Shown one piece after another: positions 18,497-27,718 of a stretch of DNA of 64,000 nt. Both the position numbers and the translations under genes were made by a program. Source of the stretch: a virus; the IMG/VR virus record IMGVR_UViG_3300005617_000004, positions 45,521-109,520 of that record. One strand, 5' to 3'. The notes below the pieces were generated by a model. The model worked only from the letters and a program-made list of their open reading frames with translations, did no database searches and was not told where the DNA came from. Positions within the stretch are counted from its first letter, which is position 1; the number at the start of each line of letters is the position of its first letter.

Positions 18497-18970
18497 ATGG
18501 CTGGCCCCACCCCGCGCTTCTTCGTCGAACTCACCAGCACGCAGGCCTTTTGCCTCGCAAGCCTGCTGACCCGCGCCACCAACACGCCGGGCAGCCAGCA
18601 GACGCACCGCAGCCGAGTGCTGAACAAGCTGCACACCCAGCTGAAGGAGTTCAACGACGCGCGGCTGGGTCTCGTCAAGGCTCATGCCGTCCTCGACGAG
18701 GCCGGCGAGCCGGTTGTCAACGGCGACACGTACGCGCTGAAGGACAAGAAAGCCTTCGACGCCGCCTTCGATACCCTGCAGACGGAACTCAAGATCATCC
18801 TGGATGGCCGTACGGACGAGATCATGAACCGCGCGCTCGGTGCCGTGTACGAGATCCTGACCACCGACCAGTGCCCTGCGCTCCTGCCGCCGCAGCCTGG
18901 GCAGGCGTTCGAGCAGTCCGAGGCGTTCGTGTTCATGCAACTGGTGGACTCGTTTATCAAGACGTCCTAG
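18497..18970 (+). CDS. Fibre-associated chaperone-like protein
   Basis: Helical; LKEFNDARLGLVKAHAVLDEAGEPVVNGDTY resembles small proteins that follow phage fibre genes. Confidence 0.45.
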   Translation: MAGPTPRFFVELTSTQAFCLASLLTRATNTPGSQQTHRSRVLNKLHTQLKEFNDARLGLVKAHAVLDEAGEPVVNGDTYALKDKKAFDAAFDTLQTELKIILDGRTDEIMNRALGAVYEILTTDQCPALLPPQPGQAFEQSEAFVFMQLVDSFIKTS

Positions 18971-19173
18971 CCCCTACGCCCCGGTGTTGCATAAAGCAGT
19001 GCTGCGCATACCCTTTGCGCATGCTCCGGTGCCTATTTACCCGTGGATGGTCATCCATCCGCACGCGTATCCTTGCACCCGAAACACACCTCGGTAGCCG
19101 CTGCCTGCGTGACTACCGAGGCGCATCGTTGACATCCAGCCACCCCCGTTCCTGATCTACGGAGTCCTCTCCT

Positions 19174-19806
19174 ATGCCTCCAGGCGACACCACGCGGAAA
19201 AGCGGCGAGCATCGGGCCAGCAACTACAGCTCTGGTGAGTTCGTCACCTTCGGCCATCTGGAAGGGGTAATGGGTCAGCTGACCAACGCCCTCAACGGGA
19301 AAGCGACCAGCGGCGAGGTACAGCTGCTGATTCAAGCGGTGAGTCAAGTGACCCGCAACCAGGAGATCCACAGCGAACGCATGGAGAAGGGGCTGAGCGG
19401 CATCTACAGCCGCTGCCAGCAGATCGCTGAAGTCCAAAGCGAGGAGAAGGCCAAGCTGGCTACCGGCATCGAACGCTGCAACGGGCACCATATCGGTGTC
19501 GCCGACCTGTACGAGAAGCACGCGGCGCTGGACCAGAAGGTCGACGCCATCGTCACCGCCAACGAGGTCCGCACCGCACAAGAGACGCAAGCCGAGAAGC
19601 TCGCGCAGCCCAGTAAGACCATCATCGAGACGGTGGTCAGCAACCTCATCACGGCCGCGGTGGTCGCCGTCATCGGCATCGTCGGCGCCCTGTGGATCAA
19701 CTCCGAAGCGGCCGCGCGCGATAAAGAGCGCACCCGCGATGCGCATGAGACTCGCGATGCTGCTGCCGGGCACGCTCCTCAGCCCGCCCCCAGCACTGGA
19801 CCCTGA
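19174..19806 (+). CDS. Coiled-coil protein with one C-terminal TM (holin/hemolysin-like)
   Basis: Coiled coil followed by LITAAVVAVIGIVGALWI. Confidence 0.5.
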   Translation: MPPGDTTRKSGEHRASNYSSGEFVTFGHLEGVMGQLTNALNGKATSGEVQLLIQAVSQVTRNQEIHSERMEKGLSGIYSRCQQIAEVQSEEKAKLATGIERCNGHHIGVADLYEKHAALDQKVDAIVTANEVRTAQETQAEKLAQPSKTIIETVVSNLITAAVVAVIGIVGALWINSEAAARDKERTRDAHETRDAAAGHAPQPAPSTGP

Positions 19807-19808
19807 TC

Positions 19809-22628
19809 ATGCCTACCGCAGCTGTTATCGCCGCACAGAACGCCTCCATTACCGCCTCGGCCAGCGGCTCTGGTCTCGAGGATGAGGTCAATGCGCAGCT
19901 TGCGACGCTGCTGAGCCACATCGTGATGAGCCTGCAGATCAGCTCTGCTCAAGCGTCGTCGAAGCAGAACCATCTGCAGGCGGTCATCACCTATCAGGAC
20001 GGCGCAGCAACGATCGCCACGCCATTCGTGCTGAAGCTGTTCACTGGCCGCTCACTCGCCGACGCCGGTGCCGCGGTAGACGCGTTCATGGCGGCGAACA
20101 CCACGTATTTCTTCTCGCCGGTGAGCTTCAACGTCTCCGACGAGCCTCGCGCCGCGAAGCCGGTCGTCCTGGGCCTGCTGTACAACACCGACTACGCCGA
20201 TGGGCTGTCCCACTTCGGTGTCGGCGGATCCGGTGGCGGTGGTGGCGCTCCGAGCGGCCCCGCAGGTGGGGACCTCAGCGGCACCTACCCGGACCCGGAC
20301 GTCAGCGAAGGCCACATCCTGCCGACCGGCGCCGTGTCCACGCGGCTGCTGACCGAGTACCTCGCCGAGCCCTACAACACCTTGAACTTCGGCGGCTACG
20401 CCGACGGAGCGACGCACGCGCTCAGCGCCCCGGCCGCCGCCATCCTGAATGCGCAGTACGCGTCGATCGGGTTCCAGGGCATCTACGCCGCTGCGGCTGG
20501 CGACAGCGCCGACTGGGCGGCATTGCAGATCGCGCTGTACAAGTCGGCCTACACCGGCGCCGTAGTGCAGATCCCGATCGGCACGTCGGTCGTCAACCGT
20601 AACCTGACCTTGTACTGGGAGACGCCCAACCCCAACACCGCGCAGCCGGACCGGCCGATCGTATGCATCGTGCAGGGGTCGGGCCGCGGTTCGATCATCA
20701 AGGCCTACAACATCGGTGCAGGCCGCGGTGTATTCGAGATGTTGGGATCCACCAACCAGGACGCCGCCAACGTCAGCTTCCGTGACTTCACGGTCCTGCA
20801 GGACGTCTCGTGCAACGTCGGCTCCTACGCCTTCCGAGTCGGTGACGCGTGGTGCGGTTGGGACATGCACCGCGTGATCATGTACTGCGCCGGCGGCCTG
20901 CTGATGCGGGTAGCCAGCTCCTCGAGCTACGCGCAGCTGTGCACCACCATCCGCCAGTGTCAGATTTGGACCAACTACAACCAGACCTGGGGCATCTGGA
21001 GCGCTGTCGAGGTGTACGCCATCCAGGTGGAGACCGGTGGCGCGTTCTGGGACCAAGTCCTGATCCTGTCGTGTGCCATCAACGGCTGCTGCAACATCCG
21101 CGCGCACGTCATCAAGTTCATGCAGTGCAACATGTGGACGCAGTCTCAGCGTCCGCTGGGCACGTTCGGCTCCAACTGGAACATCGCGACCCACCTGGGA
21201 CGCCTCGACGCCGACACCTGCTACTTCGAGGATCATGCTCGGGCAATCGTGTGCACGTCCGACGACGCACCAATCGAGAACGTCACCATCCGCGGCTGCT
21301 GGTTCAGTGGTGTCCAGAACTCGGGCGGCCCGGCGGCCGACTACGCTATCGTCTGCGCGCCGAACCTGTGGGCCTTCGGTCCGATCACCATCGCCGACTG
21401 CGCTTTCCGCGACCAGCTGTACACCGGCGCCTCGGTGTTCGTGCCCAGCGTCTCGGCGTTCCTGTACAACAACTCCCGCATCGGTGTCACCTATACTGGC
21501 CTGCCTATCTCCGTGCTGGGCGACAGCGCGTCGCGTATCGTCAGGCTCGACCGCGACACGGCTGCGGCCTTCGACACGTTCGAGTTCGGCGACAATGTCC
21601 GCGCGCTATTCACCGAAGGCATCGTTGGACCGCTGGCCATCATCGAAGACACGGTCACGCAGGCCAGCGTCACGCTCACTAATCCCGATACCGCAGTCAG
21701 CAACGCCGCTAGCGCGGCTTTGATCGCGGCCTGCGGCGTCGCCCAGAGCCGTCAGATAGTGTTCGGACCGGCTCACGCGTCCTTCCCCAACCAAGTCTGG
21801 CTGTTCTCGACGGTCACCGGTGCCGCGCTGGTGCTCGGTGTCGGCGGCGCGAGCCGCGTTCAAGTCGACGACAATCAGGTGGCCGTCGCGCGCAGCTACG
21901 ACGGCAACTACGGGGTTACCGCATCGAACCCGCACGCCGGTTCCAACGCCTACGCGTTCCTGACCGCGTCCAACGGCACCAACAACATATCCATGGTCGC
22001 TTTCGGCACGGGCCATGCACTCGCAGGCCAGGGCTGGCTGTACACCGGGTCAGCGACGTTCCTGATCCTGGGCGTCGCCGGCGTCGAAGTGGCGCGTCTC
22101 GACTACAGCACGTTGCGCATGAAGATGCTCAACTACTCGGTGGTCGGCGGCGTCGGTTTCGAGGCGACCGCCTCGACTGCTGTTGGCAACACCGGGGCTG
22201 CGGTCTCCATCGTTCCGACCGGCGTCGGCGGCGTGGTGGTGCCGGCTGGCGTCTTCAAGGCCGGCAGCGGCCTGGAGATCGAGGCTTCCGGCTTCATCGA
22301 GACGGTCGGGGCCGAGAACATCACCTTCGCTATCATCATCCAGGGGCAGACGCTTGCCACCGTGGTGATCCCCGTGGCGGGCCTCGTCTCCTTCGTCGGG
22401 TACTTCCTGAAGATGTCGGTGGCGGTGCGCACGGCGGGCGCCGGCGGTACGCTCATCGGCCAGGGATATCTCATGTTCAACAACACCGCGCTGAACATCG
22501 TCGCCGGCTCGACGCAGGCGCTCGACACGACCGCGACTGCCCTGGTCGACGTGACGGTCCAGCACTCGGTGGTTGACCCCGGCAACGTGGTGTACACCAC
22601 CAACTACACCCAGAAGATCAAAAGCTGA
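19809..22628 (+). CDS. Spike protein 2 with a pectate-lyase-like beta-helix (putative depolymerase)
   Basis: Shared N-terminal anchor domain, PSGPAGGDLSGTYP linker, DWAALQIAL..GAVVQIPIG start motif and beta-helix repeats. Confidence 0.75.
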   Translation: MPTAAVIAAQNASITASASGSGLEDEVNAQLATLLSHIVMSLQISSAQASSKQNHLQAVITYQDGAATIATPFVLKLFTGRSLADAGAAVDAFMAANTTYFFSPVSFNVSDEPRAAKPVVLGLLYNTDYADGLSHFGVGGSGGGGGAPSGPAGGDLSGTYPDPDVSEGHILPTGAVSTRLLTEYLAEPYNTLNFGGYADGATHALSAPAAAILNAQYASIGFQGIYAAAAGDSADWAALQIALYKSAYTGAVVQIPIGTSVVNRNLTLYWETPNPNTAQPDRPIVCIVQGSGRGSIIKAYNIGAGRGVFEMLGSTNQDAANVSFRDFTVLQDVSCNVGSYAFRVGDAWCGWDMHRVIMYCAGGLLMRVASSSSYAQLCTTIRQCQIWTNYNQTWGIWSAVEVYAIQVETGGAFWDQVLILSCAINGCCNIRAHVIKFMQCNMWTQSQRPLGTFGSNWNIATHLGRLDADTCYFEDHARAIVCTSDDAPIENVTIRGCWFSGVQNSGGPAADYAIVCAPNLWAFGPITIADCAFRDQLYTGASVFVPSVSAFLYNNSRIGVTYTGLPISVLGDSASRIVRLDRDTAAAFDTFEFGDNVRALFTEGIVGPLAIIEDTVTQASVTLTNPDTAVSNAASAALIAACGVAQSRQIVFGPAHASFPNQVWLFSTVTGAALVLGVGGASRVQVDDNQVAVARSYDGNYGVTASNPHAGSNAYAFLTASNGTNNISMVAFGTGHALAGQGWLYTGSATFLILGVAGVEVARLDYSTLRMKMLNYSVVGGVGFEATASTAVGNTGAAVSIVPTGVGGVVVPAGVFKAGSGLEIEASGFIETVGAENITFAIIIQGQTLATVVIPVAGLVSFVGYFLKMSVAVRTAGAGGTLIGQGYLMFNNTALNIVAGSTQALDTTATALVDVTVQHSVVDPGNVVYTTNYTQKIKS

Positions 22629-23209
22629 TGAGCGAACCCCTGTGGGCCATCGCCGCTGTCGCCCTGCTCGGCGTGACCTTCTGGTTCGCGCATGCCCCAG
22701 CCCCGTCGATCGCGGGCGACGTTGCGGTCGACACCTCTACCCACTTCCACCTCTGGCGAGGCGCCAACGATGCTGACGGTACGTATCAGGTGCGCGATGG
22801 CGCTGATCAGCTGGTGTCTGCTTTTCACGTGCGGTACAACCGGGTGTCAGAAGTCCCGCTCGACCGCCCCGCTGACGCCGCCCACTACCGCGGCCACTAC
22901 GACCGCGACTACTACGCCGCCGAGCCCGCTTTCGACATCGGCGTCTGGACCGGCTACGCCCGGTTCGGCGGCGACAACCGCCACTGGCAGTCCGGCGTCC
23001 GGTGCAGCCCCCTCCGCCTCCTGTACGGCACCATCGGCACCGATCTCGCCCTCTCGCAAGACGCAGCCGGTGCCGGCATCTCCCTCTACCCGCCGCCCGA
23101 CTATTTCGGCGCCCCCTGGGAGCATTTCGGATTGGGCGCTTGGTACATGGCTCCTTTTGATGGCGGCAGCCCTAGCTGGGTGTACGGCCTGTCATTCTCT
23201 GCTCACTAA
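22628..23209 (+). CDS. N-terminally anchored protein with amphipathic beta-strand C-terminus (lysis/spanin-like?)
   Basis: N-terminal TM; FGLGAWY..WVYGLSFSAH. Confidence 0.5.
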   Translation: MSEPLWAIAAVALLGVTFWFAHAPAPSIAGDVAVDTSTHFHLWRGANDADGTYQVRDGADQLVSAFHVRYNRVSEVPLDRPADAAHYRGHYDRDYYAAEPAFDIGVWTGYARFGGDNRHWQSGVRCSPLRLLYGTIGTDLALSQDAAGAGISLYPPPDYFGAPWEHFGLGAWYMAPFDGGSPSWVYGLSFSAH

Positions 23210-23222
23210 CCCTGGAGGTTCT

Positions 23223-23573
23223 ATGAACTTCGGCGCCGCGTTCTCCGCTCTGTTCACCAAGGCCAAGGATGAGGTCGCCAAGGCCGACATCCCGCACCGC
23301 AACTGGTCATCCCTGCGATGGCTCGGCTTGCTGGCGGTGGTCGCGCTGGTGGTGTACAACGCCGCCTCGCACCTGCTGGCCGACGCGTCTCTGCAGCTGA
23401 TCGCCCACTGCTTCGTCATCTGGCTGGTGTGCAACACGGTGACCCGCGCAGTCACCACCGCCGCCAACGCCTGGAGCCGTGTGCGCATCACCGAAATCCT
23501 CGACAAGGACAACGAGATCACCCCCGGTGAGCAAGCGATCCTCGAGAAGCTGGATGCGCAGCCGGACAAGTAG
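23223..23573 (+). CDS. Two-TM holin-like protein
   Basis: Two hydrophobic helices and a charged C-terminus. Confidence 0.5.
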   Translation: MNFGAAFSALFTKAKDEVAKADIPHRNWSSLRWLGLLAVVALVVYNAASHLLADASLQLIAHCFVIWLVCNTVTRAVTTAANAWSRVRITEILDKDNEITPGEQAILEKLDAQPDK

Positions 23574-23634
23574 ACCCCTGCCGCTGGCTTTTTCGTCAAC
23601 CCGAGCCAGAATGGCTCGATCCTGAGGAGTCATC

Positions 23635-24033
23635 ATGGCACGCTCGTTCATCACTTCCGAGAAGCCCGGCTCTGCCGCCTTCATCCTGGACATCAACACC
23701 CAGCTGGCGCTGCTGACCGACCCCACCATCCGTGGTATCGAGTTCAACATCGACGAGCGCCAGCGGCGCAACCAGCGCCAGTACAGCGGCGTGATCAGCT
23801 ACGACACCGCCGGCGCGTCCCTGGCGACCCCGTTCCTGCTGAGCGTGCTGGAGGCCGGCACCATGGCGGAGCTCAACACCGCCCTGGCAGCGTTCATCGC
23901 AGCCAACCCGACCTACTTCTACTCGCACTCGGTCTACAAGTTCCTGTACACCGGCGCCCGCGATCCCCGCTACATCGCCCTGACGCTGTACAACACGACC
24001 GGCGGCGCCGACGCCAACTACCTGCCCTTCTAA
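23635..24033 (+). CDS. Stand-alone copy of the fibre N-terminal anchor domain
   Basis: ATPFLL..AFIAANPTYFYS..LYNT matches the N-termini of both fibres. Confidence 0.75.
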   Translation: MARSFITSEKPGSAAFILDINTQLALLTDPTIRGIEFNIDERQRRNQRQYSGVISYDTAGASLATPFLLSVLEAGTMAELNTALAAFIAANPTYFYSHSVYKFLYTGARDPRYIALTLYNTTGGADANYLPF

Positions 24034-24046
24034 GCGGAGCTGAGTC

Positions 24047-24613
24047 ATGGCTGACAACACCGCTGCCTTCATGGCCCTGGACCGCGAGTCACAGGGTGCC
24101 ATCGCGCCCTACCAGTCTGGCGTCGACATGACCGGTGCGCGCTCCTCGATGCTGGCTCTGCTGAGCAAGATCAACGTGATGTTCCCCTGGGCGCCTCCAG
24201 GCCTGTCGTCGATCGGCTCGCGGGTGTTCGACCTCGGCGCCTTCCCCCGTCTGCGCGCGTACCTGCCCGGTGGCGGAGCGCGGCCTGCGTGGCTGGCCGA
24301 CGAAGCCAAGTACCAGCAGTGGCGCAAGATGATCGAGCAGCTGTACCGACCGATCGACACGGCGTTCCTGAAGCAGAACTCGGCCCTCACCGCGGCGGAG
24401 ACCCAGGCGGCGGCCAACAACGTAGCCTTCTGGGACGACGTCTACAAGACGACCGACACCATCAACATGGCGAGCCCGCTGCGCATCGGCATGAACCTGC
24501 GCGAGTCGTACGAGAGCAGCCCGAAGACCTTCACCGCCGTCGTGGCTGCCGGAGCGCTGGCAGTGACCGGCATCTTCGCCTACTTCATGTTCCGCAAGCC
24601 GCGCCGCAAGTAA
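24047..24613 (+). CDS. Tail-anchored membrane protein
   Basis: C-terminus VVAAGALAVTGIFAYFMFRKPRRK. Confidence 0.7.
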   Translation: MADNTAAFMALDRESQGAIAPYQSGVDMTGARSSMLALLSKINVMFPWAPPGLSSIGSRVFDLGAFPRLRAYLPGGGARPAWLADEAKYQQWRKMIEQLYRPIDTAFLKQNSALTAAETQAAANNVAFWDDVYKTTDTINMASPLRIGMNLRESYESSPKTFTAVVAAGALAVTGIFAYFMFRKPRRK

Positions 24614-24622
24614 CCGCGACCC

Positions 24623-25216
24623 ATGCCGAACGCGTACCGCTTCATTGAGGCCTGCGCGCTTCTGCCGTTGCTGTACGTCTCCGCGGCCGAGCCCAACACG
24701 ATCCTGTGCCTGGGTACCCACGCCGAGAAGCTCGCCGCGGATTGCCTGCGCTGGCGTGACGTCGCCAAAGTCTACCTGCTGTCGACCCCCATCATCCTGC
24801 GGGACAAACGGATCGAAGTGAACCTGCCCGCCGCCGGCAGCTGTGCAGCTGTGCTGACGTCGCCCGACGAACCCGCCGAGATCCACACGGCCGCGCTCAA
24901 GGCCGACGGAGTGTTCTGCGCCTCCACCATGAACCAGATCGCCGTCCCCGCCATGCTGCGGCAGGTGCGCGGCTTGTTCCCCCGTGCGGTCACCCCCTGG
25001 CGCGATTACCTGCCCGAGCCGATCTTCGGCGCGCTGGCGTCGCCGCGTGGCGTGCCCACCCGCAAACGCTCACCGCCGACCAGCGCGCGGCACCTGAGCG
25101 ACAAGTACCTGCCCTTCCTGTTCACCTTCGCCGCTGACGAAACCCCACTGGTTTTCGGGCCTCCGGCGGATAAGAAAGCTGCTGTCCCCGAGGTGCCGCG
25201 TGCCCAACCTGCTTGA
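24623..25216 (+). CDS. Degenerate spermidine-synthase-like protein
   Basis: Y..E...PLL..EPNTILCLG..ALKADGVF..LFP..PW..FGALAS; the GGGDG motif is missing. Confidence 0.45.
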   Translation: MPNAYRFIEACALLPLLYVSAAEPNTILCLGTHAEKLAADCLRWRDVAKVYLLSTPIILRDKRIEVNLPAAGSCAAVLTSPDEPAEIHTAALKADGVFCASTMNQIAVPAMLRQVRGLFPRAVTPWRDYLPEPIFGALASPRGVPTRKRSPPTSARHLSDKYLPFLFTFAADETPLVFGPPADKKAAVPEVPRAQPA

Positions 25217-25628
25217 CGTTCTCCGCGGCGCGACGTCGTCGATGCCGAACCTGATCAACACGGTGGTGCCGGCAACGCCTCGCCGCCGCGCGGACGTGGC
25301 AGTGCACGACGGCTACGCGGTGGCCGACGCCTGGGTGAAGGCAAAGCCAGCCGTATTCGTCGCCGGGCTCGCCGGCATGGCCTTGTCGCTCGGTGCCCTG
25401 TACCTGCGCCGCGGCAAGGGCGTCGAGTCGATCGCCATGTACGCGGGCACGTTCGCGGCCTCCGCTGGCGTGGCCTGGGTCGCTCGGCCCGGCGCCAATG
25501 GTGCCGTGTCACCGGGTGCGTCACCCAACACCGACAAGGTACTGGCATGGCTCGACGCGCGCGCCGCCAAGCTCGACAAGACCGAGCCCGGATGGCAGGA
25601 AGCCGCCGAGCGGCGGATGCTGAGCTGA
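25200..25628 (+). CDS. Two-TM membrane protein
   Basis: FVAGLAGMALSLGALYL and MYAGTFAASAGVAWV. Confidence 0.6.
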   Translation: MPNLLDVLRGATSSMPNLINTVVPATPRRRADVAVHDGYAVADAWVKAKPAVFVAGLAGMALSLGALYLRRGKGVESIAMYAGTFAASAGVAWVARPGANGAVSPGASPNTDKVLAWLDARAAKLDKTEPGWQEAAERRMLS

Positions 25629-25630
25629 GC

Positions 25631-26044
25631 GTGGCCCGGTTCGGCAAGTCCTTTCGGATTCGGTCACCGGTCGGCCCGGTCTACCGCGTCGATGGCGCGA
25701 AGGTGCGCCGCAAGCACACCGACTTCATCGGTGGAGGCCATGCTTTGGTCTACGGCTTCGTTCCGGGCGAAGAAGTCTGGGTCGAGAAGATGGCCGGCGG
25801 CGCCGTCGAAGAACGCTACCTGCTCGCGCATGAGATGGTCGAGATCGCCCTGATGCGGATCCTCGGCTGGAAGTACGACAGGGCGCACGCAGCAGCCAAC
25901 CGCGCCGAACGGCGGCTCCGCAAGGACGACTGCCCGCTCAAGGTCTTCACCGCAGTCCTGCGGCGCCATATGCCCGGCCGCTATCAGCTGGACGTCGATC
26001 GGGTTGCACTGCAATTCCACAAGGCCTATAAGGGCTACCGATGA
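25631..26044 (+). CDS. Putative zincin-like metallopeptidase
   Basis: DFIGGGH..EVWVE..LLAHEMVE..YDRAH; GTG start at 25631. Confidence 0.5.
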   Translation: MARFGKSFRIRSPVGPVYRVDGAKVRRKHTDFIGGGHALVYGFVPGEEVWVEKMAGGAVEERYLLAHEMVEIALMRILGWKYDRAHAAANRAERRLRKDDCPLKVFTAVLRRHMPGRYQLDVDRVALQFHKAYKGYR

Positions 26045-26196
26045 GCCGTACCCGCAAACAACCCTACCGCAAGTCCCGCCGGTTCGACGCCACCTGCCGC
26101 TGCCACGGGTCCTGCTCCTACTGCCGCGGCAACCGCCTGCACCAGCAGACCAAAGCCCAGGTCGGTGTCCGCGTACAGCTGCAGGAGCTGGCGTGA
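26041..26196 (+). CDS. Small basic Zn-binding protein (51 aa, not in the ORF track)
   Basis: MSRTRKQPYRKSRRFDATCRCHGSCSYCRGNRLH. Confidence 0.6.
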   Translation: MSRTRKQPYRKSRRFDATCRCHGSCSYCRGNRLHQQTKAQVGVRVQLQELA

Positions 26197-26388
26197 AGCA
26201 CCCCCGCCGCTTGCGCACGCCCACCCGCACCATCGTGTCGACCAACCCGCCCCGGGTCACCCGCGCAGTCGAACCGATCCCCAAGACCTGGGACACCCCA
26301 CCCCGGCCACCCGCCGGCAAGCGTCGTTGACCCGCCTGCCCCCGTGGCTAGGCTATGCACACTCGCTCAACCGTACCTGAGGCACACC

Positions 26389-26730
26389 ATGGACCAGCCC
26401 GACCCGCACGACCAGCTGCTGCTCACCGAGCGGCCGACCACGATCGTGACCCAGCACACCGCGGCCCACGACTCCATGCCGTCCCCCTACGGCTCGCAGG
26501 AGGATGAGGAAGCCCTGTTCTCGCAGGTCGGCGATGACGCCGGCTTCGCCCAGAACGCGGCCGCCAGCATCAACACCCGCAGCCAGACCGAAGACCGCGT
26601 CCCCGCGGTCATGCGCGAAGGCCCGGGACCCGGCGCGATCTCGATCATCCCGGCCGGCATGGACGGCAAGACGGTCGCCATCCTGGCGGGCCTCGGTCTC
26701 GGCATCGCGTACCTGCTGACCCGGAAGTAA
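26389..26730 (+). CDS. Tail-anchored membrane protein
   Basis: C-terminus VAILAGLGLGIAYLLTRK; TTGACC-N16-TAGGCT promoter upstream. Confidence 0.7.
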   Translation: MDQPDPHDQLLLTERPTTIVTQHTAAHDSMPSPYGSQEDEEALFSQVGDDAGFAQNAAASINTRSQTEDRVPAVMREGPGPGAISIIPAGMDGKTVAILAGLGLGIAYLLTRK

Positions 26731-26734
26731 TTCC

Positions 26735-26977
26735 GTGGACAACTACCTGAGCGGCACGTACCTGGGTGACCTGTCGGACGACATGGGGGATGATCTCAGC
26801 GCCGACAACGCCACCACCGCGTTGTCGCCCGCGCGCGGCGAGCGCCCGCCCGCCGAGTACGTGACGCTGCCCGGCGGCATCATGATGGAGAAGAAGGCCT
26901 TCTATCTCGCCGTCGCCGTCCTGGCCGCCATCGCCATCTACCTCGCAACCCGCAAGAAGAAATCCTCGAGCGAATGA
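26735..26977 (+). CDS. Tail-anchored membrane protein
   Basis: C-terminus FYLAVAVLAAIAIYLATRKKK. Confidence 0.7.
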   Translation: MDNYLSGTYLGDLSDDMGDDLSADNATTALSPARGERPPAEYVTLPGGIMMEKKAFYLAVAVLAAIAIYLATRKKKSSSE

Positions 26978-27327
26978 CGCAGCCGTTCGTCAACCAGCAG
27001 CAAATGCTCCAGGGTCTCGGCGCGGTGCTGTCGACCCCGCTGGCACGTGGCGCGATGAAATACTGGTGGGTGACGGTTCCGCTGGGCGGCCTGGGCTGGT
27101 ACTACTGGCAGCAGCGCGCGAAGGAAGGCAAGGCCAACGTCGGCCAGCTGGTGCACGACATGGTGCCCGCTGTCGGTCTGGTGGCCACCGCCTTGACCCT
27201 CAACGCCATCCTGGCGGCCAAGGAAGCCGGCAAGCCCGCACCCGTCTCCGTGCTGCCCGCTGGCCCCATCAGGGACGCTGACTTCACTGCCCCCGGTCCC
27301 GTCTCGGCCGACATCGCTTCGTCGTAA
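26974..27327 (+). CDS. Membrane protein with LQGLG motif
   Basis: YWWVTVPLGGLGWYYW plus a second hydrophobic helix. Confidence 0.65.
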   Translation: MTQPFVNQQQMLQGLGAVLSTPLARGAMKYWWVTVPLGGLGWYYWQQRAKEGKANVGQLVHDMVPAVGLVATALTLNAILAAKEAGKPAPVSVLPAGPIRDADFTAPGPVSADIASS

Positions 27328-27337
27328 GGACCACGCC

Positions 27338-27718
27338 ATGCAGCTCCGCCGCCAGTCGCTCACCAACGACGCCCACCCTTCGATCGACCCCGTCACCAGC
27401 TCCGGCCGCGGCACCGCGCACCGGGTCGACGGCAACGGCCTCGAAGCCGACCGCCGCAACGTGATCTCGGTCGCCAAGGGCCGCAAGATCGACGGCGCGC
27501 CGATCACCGAGGAGAAGACCGACCTCGTCACCGTGGGCCGCGCCCAGGTGCTGGCCCGCAGCGGCAACGACGCCGGGCAGCACGAGGAAGAGTGGGAAGG
27601 CGATGACGGTAACTTCGACGAGCTCGCGGCCGCCGACGTGTCCTCGACGGTCAAGACCACCCACGTGCTGACGCTGGTCGGCGTGGCGGCACTCCTGTGG
27701 TGGGCGTGGAAGAAGTAA
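27338..27718 (+). CDS. Tail-anchored membrane protein
   Basis: C-terminus VLTLVGVAALLWWAWKK. Confidence 0.7.
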   Translation: MQLRRQSLTNDAHPSIDPVTSSGRGTAHRVDGNGLEADRRNVISVAKGRKIDGAPITEEKTDLVTVGRAQVLARSGNDAGQHEEEWEGDDGNFDELAAADVSSTVKTTHVLTLVGVAALLWWAWKK

